Shown here: positions 35,321 through 48,951 of the stretch, one piece after another
How positions within the stretch are numbered: position 1 is the stretch's first letter
How the letters are laid out: every line of letters begins with the position of its first letter
Source: Callorhinchus milii
Lineage: Eukaryota
Direction of reading: 5' to 3'
Assembly (NCBI RefSeq): GCF_018977255.1
Contig: NW_024704743.1
Coordinates: 68,016,001-68,080,000, forward strand
Length of the DNA: 64,000 nucleotides
Made by a program: the position numbers and the translations under genes
The notes under the pieces: generated by a model
Databases searched by the model: none
Told to the model about the DNA's origin: nothing
What the model saw: the letters and a program-made list of their open reading frames with translations, nothing else

Positions 35321-38300
35321 TATAATGGGAACGCCCGAAAGCTTTCTATACAGCCCGTTTATAGGGCTGAAGACCTAATATTAATGAAAGACATTTTCTT
35401 GTCAAAATACATTTCAAACTTTTTAAACAAAATTGTCTATGATTAGATCCCTCTCCCCTTTACACACCCATTTGTTGGAAATTTCCAAATGTCCTTGTTT
35501 GATTTGTGAAATGACTTCAAATCATTCAAGGTCATTTGAGAAGAAATAAATCACTGACAGCAATTGTGCAAGATTTGATTGTAATGTCTGTAACTATCCC
35601 TTGACAATTTAATAAAATAGTCCTTGAAATAAGCAGTTTAATAGGCAATAACAGGTAAATGTTAAAGCTTCCAGAGCACTATTCGAAAAGAGAAGCGAGT
35701 TCTAGCCAACAATCCCCAAGATACACTTGATCATTCACTTCACAGCTGTTTGTGAAACGTTGCTGCTACAAATTGATTAGCTACAAATACACAGTCACTA
35801 CTCTTTAGAGTAAATGCTGCGGAATGCTATGCTCTCCAGATGTGAAAGGAGTTATATTGAATGCAAGGATTATTATTATTGTTATTGCAATCATTACAAT
35901 ATATATTTCAACTGTATTTTTCCTCCACTTTGGCTTTATTTTCTCTTTCCCCTTCAGCTGTGTCTTTTGGACCATTCCCTGATTTAGACGCTCAGAGGCC
36001 CCTTCCCTGTCCTCAGCCATTGCCACTTTTCAGCCAATTGCTCAGTGTGGGGAGTGGGTAAAGGCGGGTCTCTCAGTTATCTAAGAGAATCGTATCCTCC
36101 AATTTCCCATTCTTTCACGAGAAACACCTTCCCATTAACCCACAAACAAATAAACACAATAAATCATAAACACAAACACAAATGCTACCAACCCATGATA
36201 CAGGATAATATTATACTGTCACAAAACATGAGAACATGAGAAACATGAGAATTATTACCTTAATTCTATATTTTTCCAAGGAGAAGTTAAAACATTGTCA
36301 TGTTCTTCCCCATTTCATGCCACCACAACCAGAAAAGATTATGCTTGTGGCAAACATGTTTTTGATGTTGGCTGTATTGCTCTTTCACCCACAAACCATA
36401 CACAGTCACATCGTTTTACAATATACCCTGTGAAGCACTTTGGGACATCCTCTCGATATTAAAGACACTATACCAAATGTAAGGATTGTTAATTATTATT
36501 ATTATTCATTTTTATATATTTATTGAACTGTTGGTGTGGCAGCTCTGCATAATTTCACCTCTCCCAAACACAGCATACAACCCAACAATAACTTGTATTC
36601 AAGTGGCGTCCCTCACACAGGATAGGGTCTCGGAGCTCTGTCACCCAGATGGCACCAACAACTTTATCAATGTAAAACCAAATTCAATTTTAACAAGGCA
36701 CATGTACTTTGCTTTACTAACAGTGACCTAAAGAATAGGGACAATAATTTCCCCATGGGTATTAACACGTTTTATTTAATCACGTAAGTATTTGGTGAAT
36801 GATAAATGTAATTAGATTTTTATGGTTTAAATTGTAACTTAAAATAGGCAGTTAATTCACATCACAGTGTATTCTGTGAAGCGCTTTGAGACGTCTCGAA
36901 GGTGTGATAAGGCACTATATCAAAAGCAAGAATTATTATCATTAACAGTGATAACTGCTTTTTTATTTTGTAAATTACATCAGCACTAAAATATTGTCAT
37001 TTGCATTTGTATTGTGTTTTATAGCACTTTCAAATGATAGCATAAGATATTATTTTATATTATTGCCATTTGTTTGTCTCCTTGGCCACTCTGACACATA
37101 AATTATTTACTGAGCTGCAAATAAACGCAATGCAGGCCCTGTGAAAGAAAATAAATGGCAATACAGTACCTTTAAAACAATGAATAAAGTTATCCTAGGC
37201 TAGCTCAGTTGATGACTGCGGACCTGAATGTTTGGGGTTTCAATCTTAGTGGATCCTAGTAGTCCATCACCCTTCTGAGGTTAATAACACTAAGGGTACA
37301 AGGATAGATAAGCAGTGTCTCCCTGGTGATTGAACTAACGCCAAGAAGGCAGCTCTAAGGCATTATTGATAATCATTTTGCCCACAAATATACGGTCAAT
37401 TCACTTTACAGTCTATTCTGTGAAGCGCTTTGAGATGTCGAGAAGACGTGAAAAGCGCTATATCAAATGCAAGAATTATTATTATATTATTATAATCAAC
37501 TTACTTCTTTAATTCATCAATAAAATGTAATTAAAAAGAATTGGGATTTTGACAGGTTGAATAGAGAGATGTTATATCTTATGCCCCCTTATATCATTAT
37601 ATATCAGATAGCCACAAAAAAAAGAAAACTGAGCTTAGGAGAATTGTTTTCATACAGAGAGTTAGTTGTAGGTGGTAGAGGCGGAGACTATTGTGAGTTT
37701 CAAGTGGGAAGCAGACAGGTATATGAAAGTTAGAGGCTTGAAGAGGTCTGTGGATAGGGTAGGACAGCTGGATTGAAAGTACAACTTGTTCTGAGAGTCC
37801 GTGCAGACTCAATGGGTCAATTGATTTCCTTCTGTGCTATAAATTTCCATGATTCTATGAAAACTTAATACATTCCCTCAGCTCTACAAGCAAAATCCCT
37901 TATGGGTAGCAAGATGGCCCTAGCCAGACAAGTACTGTGAAACTTTAGTTCTTGCCCAGTAAAATGGACAAGTATTGTAACTGCATAGTTACCATTACTT
38001 CAAAATAAATCCCCAAATGCCTTCTAAAGGAAATGCAAATCCAAGAAGATGTTTTCCTCAGGTGTTGAAAATGGGAGAAAAGCATTTTTATTGATAATTT
38101 TAATAAAAATACAAACAGAATTGAATGAAGACAAATTTCTGAGTGTGAGAAATGGGATTTGATTAACAAAAAAGATAGCAAATGCAGCTAAACAAAGCAC
38201 CTGAGCCCTAAAGAACTCAAAAAAACCGACACAACAATTGTCGTGAGTAGCCCTGTGGGTAAAAAGGTCATAACAACACAAAAAGGATGTTTTTCAAACA

Positions 38301-40021
38301 AGGCTCTTGCACAATTATCCAGCAAAGCAATCACATTTTTGGCGGTAAAGTATAGTCTGCCCTTCAACACACTCACACAAAGCATTAAGGGTACAATTTG
38401 AAAGAACCTGGACAGATGTCTGAAATAAAGTGCTCAATGTGAAAAGAAGCAGAAAGGCAAAGCATTAATAATATTTTGCTGTAATACCAGTGTGCTAAAA
38501 AAATTTGGAAAAGATTTGTAGTTGGTAACAATAGGATTAAGATTTGATGCATATACTGTGGGGAAAGAAACTCCATGTGTTCAAAGTCTAGGGTTTAGAG
38601 TTATTATAGTTTTTTAAGCATTTCAGAATGTCAAGAATTTGCTAAATGCAGTCTAAACATTGAAGCCATTTAAAAGAACTTACAGAAAACTGGCTTCAAG
38701 TTAAAACTATTCAAGAATTTGTCAAATTCTGGTTGCTCTAAATGCTATTAAAATAGAGTAATTCTAGACCCAAGTGGAGTTTCTACTCTTGACTGAACAT
38801 GACGCAAATCCTTCATCCCACCATCCCCCTCATCGACAATAGTGAATTTCACAAAGTTCTTGACGTCAAATTCCCAACTCCCACTGGTCATAAATATCAC
38901 CTTCACTACAAATATAACTATTGCATGTGCAACAATGCTGTACTAAAAGGGCTATGTTATTAACAATATACTGTAGTAAGCAAGATAACAATATTGAAAA
39001 TAGCAGATTTATCCAAATTAGAAGGTCCTGATGAAAGATCTTTTATAGCCACACATACATGATAGCACATATATATCTAATGACAACACGACAGTACCCA
39101 ATGGTTATTTGTGCATGTGCAATGATAATAGCATTGGCTTTTGCATAGATGTACTCAGCAGGTTGCCTGGTAATTCAAAGCTCTACTTTCATTAGTGTTT
39201 AATCAGATTCTAGCAAAGGCTTTAATAAAGTTCTGTTCAGATGTTCCCCAAGTGTCAATAATATGGTGTTAGAGGGTCTCTAAGTAAAAATCTGCCATAT
39301 AAACATGTCCTTTGAAAAAGCTGGGCAAAGAAGAGGCACTTAGAGTGAACACGCTGTAGCTTTCTCCTAAATGATATGTATTGAGATGCACAATCTTTCT
39401 GGTATGGCAGCACACCATCTGGATACTTAGGGAATGACAACACTTTTGTGTTTATGTGTGCCAGAAGATTGATGTTAGATGTTCTGATGGCTAATATCTG
39501 TATAATCAATGATGCTTTAAACCTGACCAACATGGTTCAAAGAGTGTTGTTTTAACACAACCAAATGATTGTGCAGCACTGAAAAAAGATCATTACATTC
39601 TTATTTTCAAAATACTATCTCTCCCAACTCATGTATCCCCAAATCTCCTTCACCATTAAAAGCCTATTCAAATCCTTCTTGCAATTATCTACAATATCCA
39701 CTTCCACCATGTGCTTGGGCAAACTGTTCCACATGTTAAGTACCATCTGTGTGAAGTAATTACAGTTACTGATGATCTTTTAGAATCATATGTGGTATAG
39801 GATCTTTAAGTGAAGGCATCTGTGTCTCGTTCAATTCATCTACTGATTGAGGAGTGAATGATGAAACCAATAAAAGGGAATTGCAAAAAACTTGAGGAAA
39901 AATAATATTAAAGGGTGCAAGGAAAGAGCGAGAGAATGGGATTAAAGTAGACAACACCAATGGGGGAGCAACCACTATCACAGACATGATGGGCCAAGTA
40001 GCTGTTGTTAATTTGCTTTTA

Positions 40022-40945
40022 TTAATAATAATAATAATCCTTGCATTTGATATAGCGCTTTTCACGTCGGGAGGACGTCCCAAAGCGCTTCACAGAACAC
40101 ACTGTAAAGTGAATTGACTGTATACTTGTGGGCGAACGCGGCAGCCAATTGCGCACAGCAATGTCCCACAAACAGTCGTAGATTGAAAATGACCAATTTT
40201 TTATTATTTTATTCTGTAAGGTAAAATTTGCAGAAGTTTCTTAACATGTTCCCAGTGTTAATAATAATAATATAATCCTTGCATTTGATGTAGCGCTTAT
40301 CATGTCTTCAAGACGTCTCAAAGCACTTCATGGAATATATTGTAAAGTGAATTGACTGTATATTTTGAGGGTGAAATGCAGCAGCCAATTGCGCACAGCA
40401 GTGTCCCACAAACAGTCGTGAATTGAATGACCAATTTATTATTATTTTTTGAAGGAATTATTCCTCCAAAAGCAATCCACTAATTGACTAACAACCAGGT
40501 TCCTACTTACTGCTTAGTAAACAGAGGCGTGTGGACTAAGGAAACAGGCCCAATATTTTGCTGTCCTGCGAAACAAACCCAGGTCTCTCGCTTGCGATGT
40601 GAGTGCTCTAACCACTGAGGTACAACACAATTGTGTTAATTAACACAAAGGAATGGGTTAAGAAGTATTAAAATGCTATCCCTATAATTGTCCAAATATA
40701 GCTTAAAATTTGAGGACTGCTGTTACTTACATCACTAATGGCAAGAAAATAATAATAATAATAATCCTTGCATTTAACTATAGCGCCTTATCACATTGTT
40801 GAGATATCTCAAAGTGATTCACTCCACTTCATACTGCAAAGTGAAGTGGGAGTGATTGTGTATTTTGTGGGCGAAACACAGCAACCAGTTGTATACGGCA
40901 ATGTTCCACAAACAGTCATGGAGTGAGTGACCAAATTAATTTGGA
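40022..40945 (-). mobile_element. Cluster of three same-orientation SINEs: ~40022-40205 (3' half), ~40260-40623 (long variant), ~40748-40945 (3' half)
   Basis: Each begins on + with (AAT)n-ccttgcattt; the middle copy has tRNA head and CORE segment. Confidence 0.9.
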
Positions 40946-40964
40946 GAATTGTTGGCTAGACTCT

Positions 40965-41520
40965 TCCCTCCATTATTCAATACTCTGCAGCTTGTGTCCT
41001 CTCCCACACCAGGCTCCGCGAACCCATCACCCCCGTCTTGCCCAGCTTCACTGGCTCCCCATCCCTCAGAGAATCGAGTACAAAACCCTTGTTCTTACCT
41101 TCAAAGCCCTCCATTGACTTGCTCCTCCCTACCTCTCTGACCTCCTAACCCCATATCAGCCTGTCCACTCTCTCCGTTCGGTGGACACTAGCTTGTTTCA
41201 GGTCCCAAGCACTTCCGCCCCACCATAATAAATAATAATAATCCTTGCATTTGATATAGCGCTTTTCACGTCTCCTAGACGTCCAAAGTGCTTCGACCAT
41301 TGGCGGTCGGGCATTCAGCATCTCTGCCCCCACCTTCAAGTCCCGTCTAAAGACCTTCCTCTTCGACGGAGCCTTCAGCCACCCTCCCATCCCCATTCCC
41401 CCTACCTTTCACCCCTCCTGACTCCAACTCAGGTCCAAAAAACTCTGACTCTCCAGCTCCCTCGAACGTCTTTCTGACGCTAAGTGCGCTATACAAGTGT
41501 AATTAGTTGTTTTCTTGTTG
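40965..41520 (+). mobile_element. L2 3' fragment with nested ~70-bp SINE tail (41227-41295)
   Basis: LAQLHWLPIPQRIEYKTLVLTFKALH; nested piece flanked by ACCAT (41222-41226, 41296-41300). Confidence 0.88.
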
Positions 41521-41709
41521 TAGGTCAAGTACCTGCTTCCTGCCATTGGATCTACAGAGAAGTCTCGGCAACAAAACAAGAGGTCAGTTCCAGCTTCAAG
41601 AGACAGCCATAAACTCCTTAGACATTGCTCCTCACTGATATCCTCTCTCTGTAGACTTGCTTGTGCAGAGGACATCTCCCGTGCCTTTGCCTTCTAACCC
41701 TCTTCTTAA

Positions 41710-42070
41710 AAAATCCTTGCATTCGACATAGCGCTTTTCAGGTTGGAAAAACATATCAAATGCTTCACAGGGCTTTACTGTGAAGTATAGCAACTCCGTA
41801 GGAAGTTTCTTGTAGGAAAACATAACAACCAGTTTGCACACAGCAATGTCCTACAAATGACCATGAAGTGATTGACCATTTTTATTTGGGGTATTATTGG
41901 CCAGGAAAAACTCACTTCTCTTTTCACATAGTACTATGAAATATTTTAAGTTCACCTGAACAGGCAGAAGGGACCTCAGTTTAACTTCTCATCTGAAGGA
42001 CGGTTCCTTCAACAACTCAGGAATCACTTGCACTGGATTGAAGTGTCATCTGACATGGGGCAAGAGTGCT
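41710..42070 (-). mobile_element. Deu-domain SINE, diverged
   Basis: ccttgcattcgacatagcgctttt tail; cacctgaacaggcaga; ctcatctgaaggac. Confidence 0.75.
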
Positions 42071-42709
42071 GCTTCTGACAGAGGCAGGTTCACACCCTAA
42101 AGATTTCATAGCATTAATCGAGAAGAGAAGGGAGTTTCTTGGCCAATAATCTTTGTTAAATTGGGACATTGCTATGCACAAATTGTCTGTCCTGTTTTCC
42201 TTCAAGTGCACTGTCACTACACTTCACAGCAAATACTGTGTAGTCGTTTGAAATGTTCAATGGTGTTAGAGCACATTATCAAATACAAGGATTCTTAAAA
42301 TAATAATTCAATAATAATAATCATTCATGGCTGTTTGTGTGACAATGTTGTATGTATTTCTCCCACAAAATATACAATCAATTCACTTTACAGTATATTA
42401 TTATTATGTAAATTGGCTGCCATGTTTGCCTACAAATACAGTCACTACAATCGTAGTGAAGTGCTTTGAGAAATCTTACCGAAGTGAAAGTCACTATCAA
42501 ATGTTATTATTATAATTTAATGGTTGTACATTTGATATTTACATTCAAACTGACTACATTAAGATACCTGTTAAGGCAAGATATAATGTCTGATTTTAAT
42601 TTTAAAATTGTTTCGTTAGAAATATATGAACAGTATTTCAGATAGTACCTTACACATTGGTAGAAAGTCTCAAAATGTTTCACAGGATATACTGTAATGT
42701 GTAGCGAAT

Positions 42710-43065
42710 GAGTAAACAAGTTAGGGTTCTTCAGTCTTGAGAGAAGACATCTCAGAGGAGATCTTCTAGAGGTGTAACTAACTTTAAATTGGATTGAAAA
42801 AGTAAATCCAGAATAGTACCTTAGAATGTACCAAGACTGATGAACAAGAGGACATAGATTTAGATTTGCAAAGGGCAACTTTAGGACAGATACCATAACA
42901 TTGTTTTTATTAAAAACTGGAACAGATTGCCAGAAATGTGGTTGAGGCCAGAACACTGCACTAATTTTAAAAGAAGCATCACACTATAATGTGAAGTAGG
43001 ATGGATATTCTGGATGGATGAGATCAAATAGGCAGAAGGGCATTCTTCATCCAAATCAGTCTTGT
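42710..43065 (+). mobile_element. Decayed CR1 3' fragment
   Basis: ttcagtcttgagagaagacatctcagaggagatctt (FSLERRHLRGDL), acaagaggacat (TRGH), tggaacagattgcca (WNRLP). Confidence 0.8.
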
Positions 43066-43069
43066 GATC

Positions 43070-43360
43070 TTGTGTGTTTTGTGGGTGAATACTACAGCCA
43101 ATTTGTGTACAGCAAACAGCCATAAAGCCAATTTTATCTGGGGAATTGTTGACCAAAATACCAAGAGAAACTCCCCTTTCTTTTCAAACAGTACCATGAC
43201 ATCCAGCTAAACAGCCTAATGGGACCTTGGCGTAACATCTCATCCAAAGCACGTCCAGCAATGCAGCATAACCCCAGCACTGCAGTGAGTATGTAAGTTG
43301 CTTTAACCCACAACCTTTTGACTTAGAGGTGAGAGTGTTACTAATTGAGCCAGGCTGATA
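43070..43360 (-). mobile_element. Deu-domain SINE
   Basis: Head cagcctggctcaattagtaacactctcacctct on minus; Deu core. Confidence 0.8.
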
Positions 43361-44974
43361 TCTGGCTTAGTTAACAATGACAAAGCAAGTCTCCTTAGAT
43401 CATTAATTTGATTTTTTTAAAAACAAAATATATATATTTATTTATTGATATATATATTTACATTTATCTCAGACAACAACAACAATCCCCCAAATAAAAT
43501 TAGTCACTCACTCCATGGTTGTTTGTGAGACATTGCCCTTTGCAAACTGGTTGCAATGCCCACAAAAATGCACAGTTCACTTTACAGTATATCCTGTGAA
43601 ATGATTTAAGATGTCTTGACAACACGATAAAGGCACTAAATCAAACGCAAGGGTTATTATTATTTATATCTTTTACTGGCTAATTTATACTGATGCCCCC
43701 TTGTTTTGGATTCACCAACAAGTGTAAACAGCCTATCAAAGTCCACCTTATCAAATCTTTTCATAATCTTAAACACCTCTCAATGCATTCATTTTTAGAG
43801 AGAAAAGCTCCAACCTGTCATATCTTTCTTGATGTATTAACACGTCTGTATCTAATTGCTGTATTAACTCATCCTTGTAAATTCTTGTGAATCTACCTTG
43901 TTCTCTCTTCAATATCCTTCCTGTAATTCAGACTGAACTTTCTGTATGTACTCTGTACCTAATGCACTCATCTCACTGCCAAATCAAGGCATGTCCCAAA
44001 TCAGATAAACAACTCAGCAACAACAACTTGCATTTATATAGCGCTCTTCATGGTGGGTAGCATCTCTGAGTGCTTAACAGTAGCGGAGTTTGACACTGAG
44101 CCAGAAAGAGAGAGGGGAGGTGACAATAGGCATGGTCAAAGAGGAATGTCTTCAGGTGTGATCAGCTGACTGGCAAGATGGGGGCAAGGCAGTAGGAGAA
44201 GCATCAAGCATAGATAATAATACTTCATATAGAGACAATCGAGACGGATCTTGGTATTCTTGCTTTGAAAAGGAGGATAGTAGACCAGTTCAGGATTGTG
44301 AAGGAGGCATTTAAGATACACTCCCAGGTACATTAAAGTATGAGATGCACACAGGATTTTAATTCTGAGATGGACTCAACAGTAAAATATCTTGAGGCTG
44401 ACTTTGGTGGTGATAGTGTTAGCTAGGTTTTACTTCTTTAGTATATAAGTATAGGGAGTCCACACTGAGGGATAATCAAGGCTGCACAACAGACTCTGCT
44501 CTGTCCTTATAACAAACAAGGCCCCTCTCATGAAATTTTTCAATCAGTGATTTTTCAGATATGGATAGTCCTCAAGAGTCTGAGGGGCTCTTAAGTATTT
44601 AAAAGATCAATACTTTGTCTTGGTACTTAGACTGACTGCCTCATTGTGCTAGGATGTCTCAATACCACATGACTGCAGAAGCTAGTTTAAAGGAAACGGG
44701 GCTGCACCATAGCTATACATGTGCAATACTGTTGTGTTTTTTTCCAGCTAGTACTGCTACAATACAAAGCGATTGTATTCCCAGCAGAGAAACACAGCAA
44801 TGATTTTATATTAAGGATACTTACTGTAACTAATGGAATTAAAAAAATGGGGTAGAAGCAACATGGTAGTCTTGGGTATTGTGTGACCTGATTGTTCAAT
44901 TGATCTTTGGATCCTCTCCTTGACTATTTGTGAACCTCTGCACTGTATCTGTGCTGTTTAAGGTATCCCTGTTG

Positions 44975-45113
44975 AACAACAACAACAAAATTATATTTGT
45001 ATAACGCCTTTCACAATGGGAGGACATCCCAAGGCATAGGACAACCAGTATTTCAGTATTTCAGACTCGAGCTGGAGGTTGGAGGGCAGGGCAGGTAGGA
45101 GGGTGATCGAAGG
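44975..45113 (-). mobile_element. Short L2 3' tail abutting the duplicated block
   Basis: (AAC)n-aattatatttgtataacgcctttcacaatgggaggacatcccaagg. Confidence 0.85.
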
Positions 45114-46250
45114 CAATTCCATGCCCCCCAGAAATGAATGTTACCTGGTACAATTGGCAAGGTGCTTCGAAGTGATATAGTGGCTCATACAGCTAAGAGT
45201 AAACATATTGATCCATCATCATCAATAATATATCTGCATACAATTAATGAACATTTCACAGTCTGCACAATCATTGACACTGTATCAGAACGCCTCTTAT
45301 TAATGAAGAAAATCTGACATTTCATTGCCAAGCATGTTATTTTGGAGCTTGCTCAGCTTCCAAGTAGACCCTGCTTGTAACCCCACCCACCAGGTGGAGT
45401 CACTGAACAGTATAAGATAATATCAGATGGTCAGTGTCCCAAATATCCTAATTTCACCAGAAACTCCATGCCATTGTCAATATTAATTCAGGCAATAAGA
45501 GCCTAAAAAGTACTGTATTGCTCTAGCTCCGCTAAGGTGATCCCAGTTTATCTCGCATGGCTTCCATTAGAGTGAGAAACTAAAGCTGAGATACTATTAG
45601 GACTCCATATCCACTATTCATGAGCCCAATACTAGATTCTGGGAATTCAAGTGGAGCAATAACAATAACAGTGCAGTAACAATGTTCTGACCCTAAATGC
45701 CTTTATTATTATTTCCAGAGAAATAATTACATTTGTAAAACTAAATGGCAACAAATTGATACTGTACCATTTTGAGACTTTTTTTAATCTTGTTAACAGG
45801 TTGTCCAATTTGAACAGTTTGGATTATTTCTACACTATCTAATTGAAATGTCAATGATCAAATTAATAACAACAACAACAAAATTACATTTGTATAGCGC
45901 CTTTCACGTCAGGAGGATGTCCCAAGGTGCTGACCAGTCAGTGTTTCAGACCTGAGCTAGGGGACGGGGACGGTGGAGGGCAGACGGCAGAAGGACGGTG
46001 ATCAAAAGCACGGTCGAAGAGGAGGGTCTTGAGATGGATCTTGAAGGAGGCAAGGGAGGGGGTGTGATGAAGGGACTGTGGGATGGAGTTCCAGAGGGTG
46101 GGGGCCAGCCCATCAATGGTGGGGCGGGCGAGGCAGGGGATGTGAAGCAGACCGGAGCCTGCTGAGCGGAGGGAGCGGGCAGGTTGGTAGGGGATTAGGA
46201 GGTCTTAGAGGTAGGGGAGAGCAAGGCCATGTGGTGCTTTGAAGGTGAAG
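45114..46250. repeat. Copy 1 of a local direct duplication (unique ~745 bp + L2 3' piece ~45860-46250 on minus)
   Basis: Base-by-base match to 48952 onward starting caattccatgccccccagaaatg; roughly 95% or better by eye in the unique part. Confidence 0.95.
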
Positions 46251-48951
46251 CCATTGGTGCACCACTGTCTACTGGTCACATCGCTTTCCAAAAGATAATT
46301 ATAACTTGAAATGAATGCCTTCCTGTTGCTTTCAGTTATGTCAAAATATGTGCCAATTAAAAATAGGCCATTCCTAGGATTATAAATGATATTGGCCTTA
46401 AGCCAGTGGATTCATTTTCTTCCGACTAATCTGCACATATAATGTGCATCCAGATAGATAATAATAACTGTGCTATTCACATCTGTGTTGCCTGTTCACT
46501 ATCCACACTCCTTTAATGGCTAAGGACTTATTGAAATGAAATCCTTACCCAAGAAAAAATAACCTTGGCCAGTCTGCATGACCTGCAAGATTGTTCACCA
46601 TCTGTGGAAAATATTCTCATTACCTAGATGTTATGAAAATACATTAAGACACATTTAAATATGTAAATATCCTCACCTGAGTGGAGAAATGTAATATGTT
46701 TGTATTGTAATTATTGGTTTCTGTTTCATGTGCTGTTTCTTGGTGTTACATGGTGAAAGGGAAATGGAAATTCATTTTCAGCCATCAATATTGAGTAAAC
46801 GTTTCTCTTAGTTACGTGGTTGAACAGAACCTTTCCAAAAGGAAGAAAAAGATAATTATAGTATAAATTGGGGGCATAAAGCCATGATAGGGTAGTATTG
46901 TTACTGCTCAACAGAAGCAAAGGCTACATTGATTCAATGTGTTCAGCTGCACTTCTAATACATAGCAGCCTCTCGCTTAGGATCTCCTGAAAGGTAAACG
47001 TTTCAAGGGACAGTTTTCCCATTCTTTCAAATACAGTGGCACTCCACCACCTATTGAAATAAACCTTAAAACTCACACATAATCTGAATTTCTCACTTGT
47101 GTGCCAGCAGGCTTTTGGACTGTGAAGCGCTCTGAGACATCCTATGTGAAAGGCTCTATGTTAATACAGGCTGTTATTGTTGTATAGAAGATCATTTAGT
47201 AATTTGGAGGCATAATTGGACATCTTATTACTTACTGGCTATCACCTAAAATAGGCATAACATATAAATTAGCGTCCTGCTGTAGAGTCCCAGACCAATT
47301 TCAACCAATTTACAGGATTAGAAACACTGTGGTACTGTTAATCTTCCCACTATGATGTTAACATACAATTGCAGAAAGTCATACACTATATAACCAACAA
47401 GATTGACCCTCAGACAGAAATCATTTGGAATCACTGATGTATTTTTAACAATTATAATTACTTATTGGATATCACTTGAAATAACATTGCAGTGTTCAGC
47501 AGCTGATAGATGTACAGAATAATAAAAAATGGCATACAATTATAAAGTCTTTATACATTGCTTTTCAGGATGTTTTGCAATAGAATCTGTCTGTCTTCCC
47601 AAGACAGGAATTGTTTCCATTTCTCACACTGCCTACCGCTTCGAAGACAGTTTATCTCCTGCCAACAGCCCTATATATGGATGTTATATATGGCAATATT
47701 AAGAATTATGCAAGCAAAATATGGATTGTGTCAGTGATGTTTGTGGTTTGCTTCTGCTAGCATGATTAACAACCAACTGACATTAAGCATTATACTATTA
47801 AATCTGAACAGGATAACTAAGACCAGGGTTTTTAATACAAGTCTCTAAAAAACATCAATTTAAGATTTATAGACCCTTCGATTATGGTTTTAATGTGCCA
47901 CAGAAATAACATTTTAAATATTTTCATCATTCTGTATCAATCGGAATTTCAGTCATTCATTCAACACCATTGTTTTTCCATTTATCCATTCCTCACATAC
48001 AATAATAACAAGTTCCATTTATATTGTACCTTTCAAATAGGATAACGTCTCAGAGTGTTTTACAAATACAGGGTCAGATGCTGAGTATGGGAAGGGGGGG
48101 AGGGCGAGGTGACCGTAGCTGCAATCAAAGAGGTAGATTTTTAGATAAGATTTAAAGATAAATAGGTGGAAAGGTAAAGAGAGGAAGTTCCAGAAGTTAG
48201 GGGCATAGTAGCTGAAGGCTACCACAATCATGGTGAGGGTGGGGGTGGGGGGAAATGACACAGAACATATAACACATACATAAGTAGAGTAGAGTCAATC
48301 ATTGAGCAAATATTATCCTATCCTTCACTAAGCTTTATGAGCCCAGCGTCACCATCCTGACCAAGCTCCAATAACTCCCCTTTTCTCAGTGACACTATTT
48401 CACAATCCTCGTTTTAATTTCATTGATTCCACACCCTCATTTTATCCTAACTCTGTGAACTCTTCCAGCACAACTACCACCCTACCCCCCGCCATTCTAA
48501 AATAATTCAAGTCTGCTCCCTCCATCCTACCATTGTGACTGACCTTTCAGACACTACGCACCACCTTTTGGAACTTTCTCCCCAAATCCCTTGGCATTGC
48601 ATCATTCCTTGTCTGCTTTCAAAACATTTTTGAAAACTAAATCTTTGACTGCACCTTCTATCATCTCCCTCCTACTCCCTCTATTTCCCAACCTGCTCTG
48701 GTTTCTATTCTATCTCTAAAAAACTTCCAAGACATCATACAACATGAAAGGTGGTGTACATACTCAAGTTGTTCTTCTCAGTGAAAGCCTTGACGCTAAT
48801 TTTTCTTCATACTGAATCTGGAAACTTAAAATCTGAGGAAACATTTCAAATCATGGACAGCCACTGAGCCAGCAGTATAGCCAGAATGGCTCAACGGGAT
48901 GGGGAATAGACTCTGACATCATTTCAGAGAAGGCATTAATTTTGATTCTGT

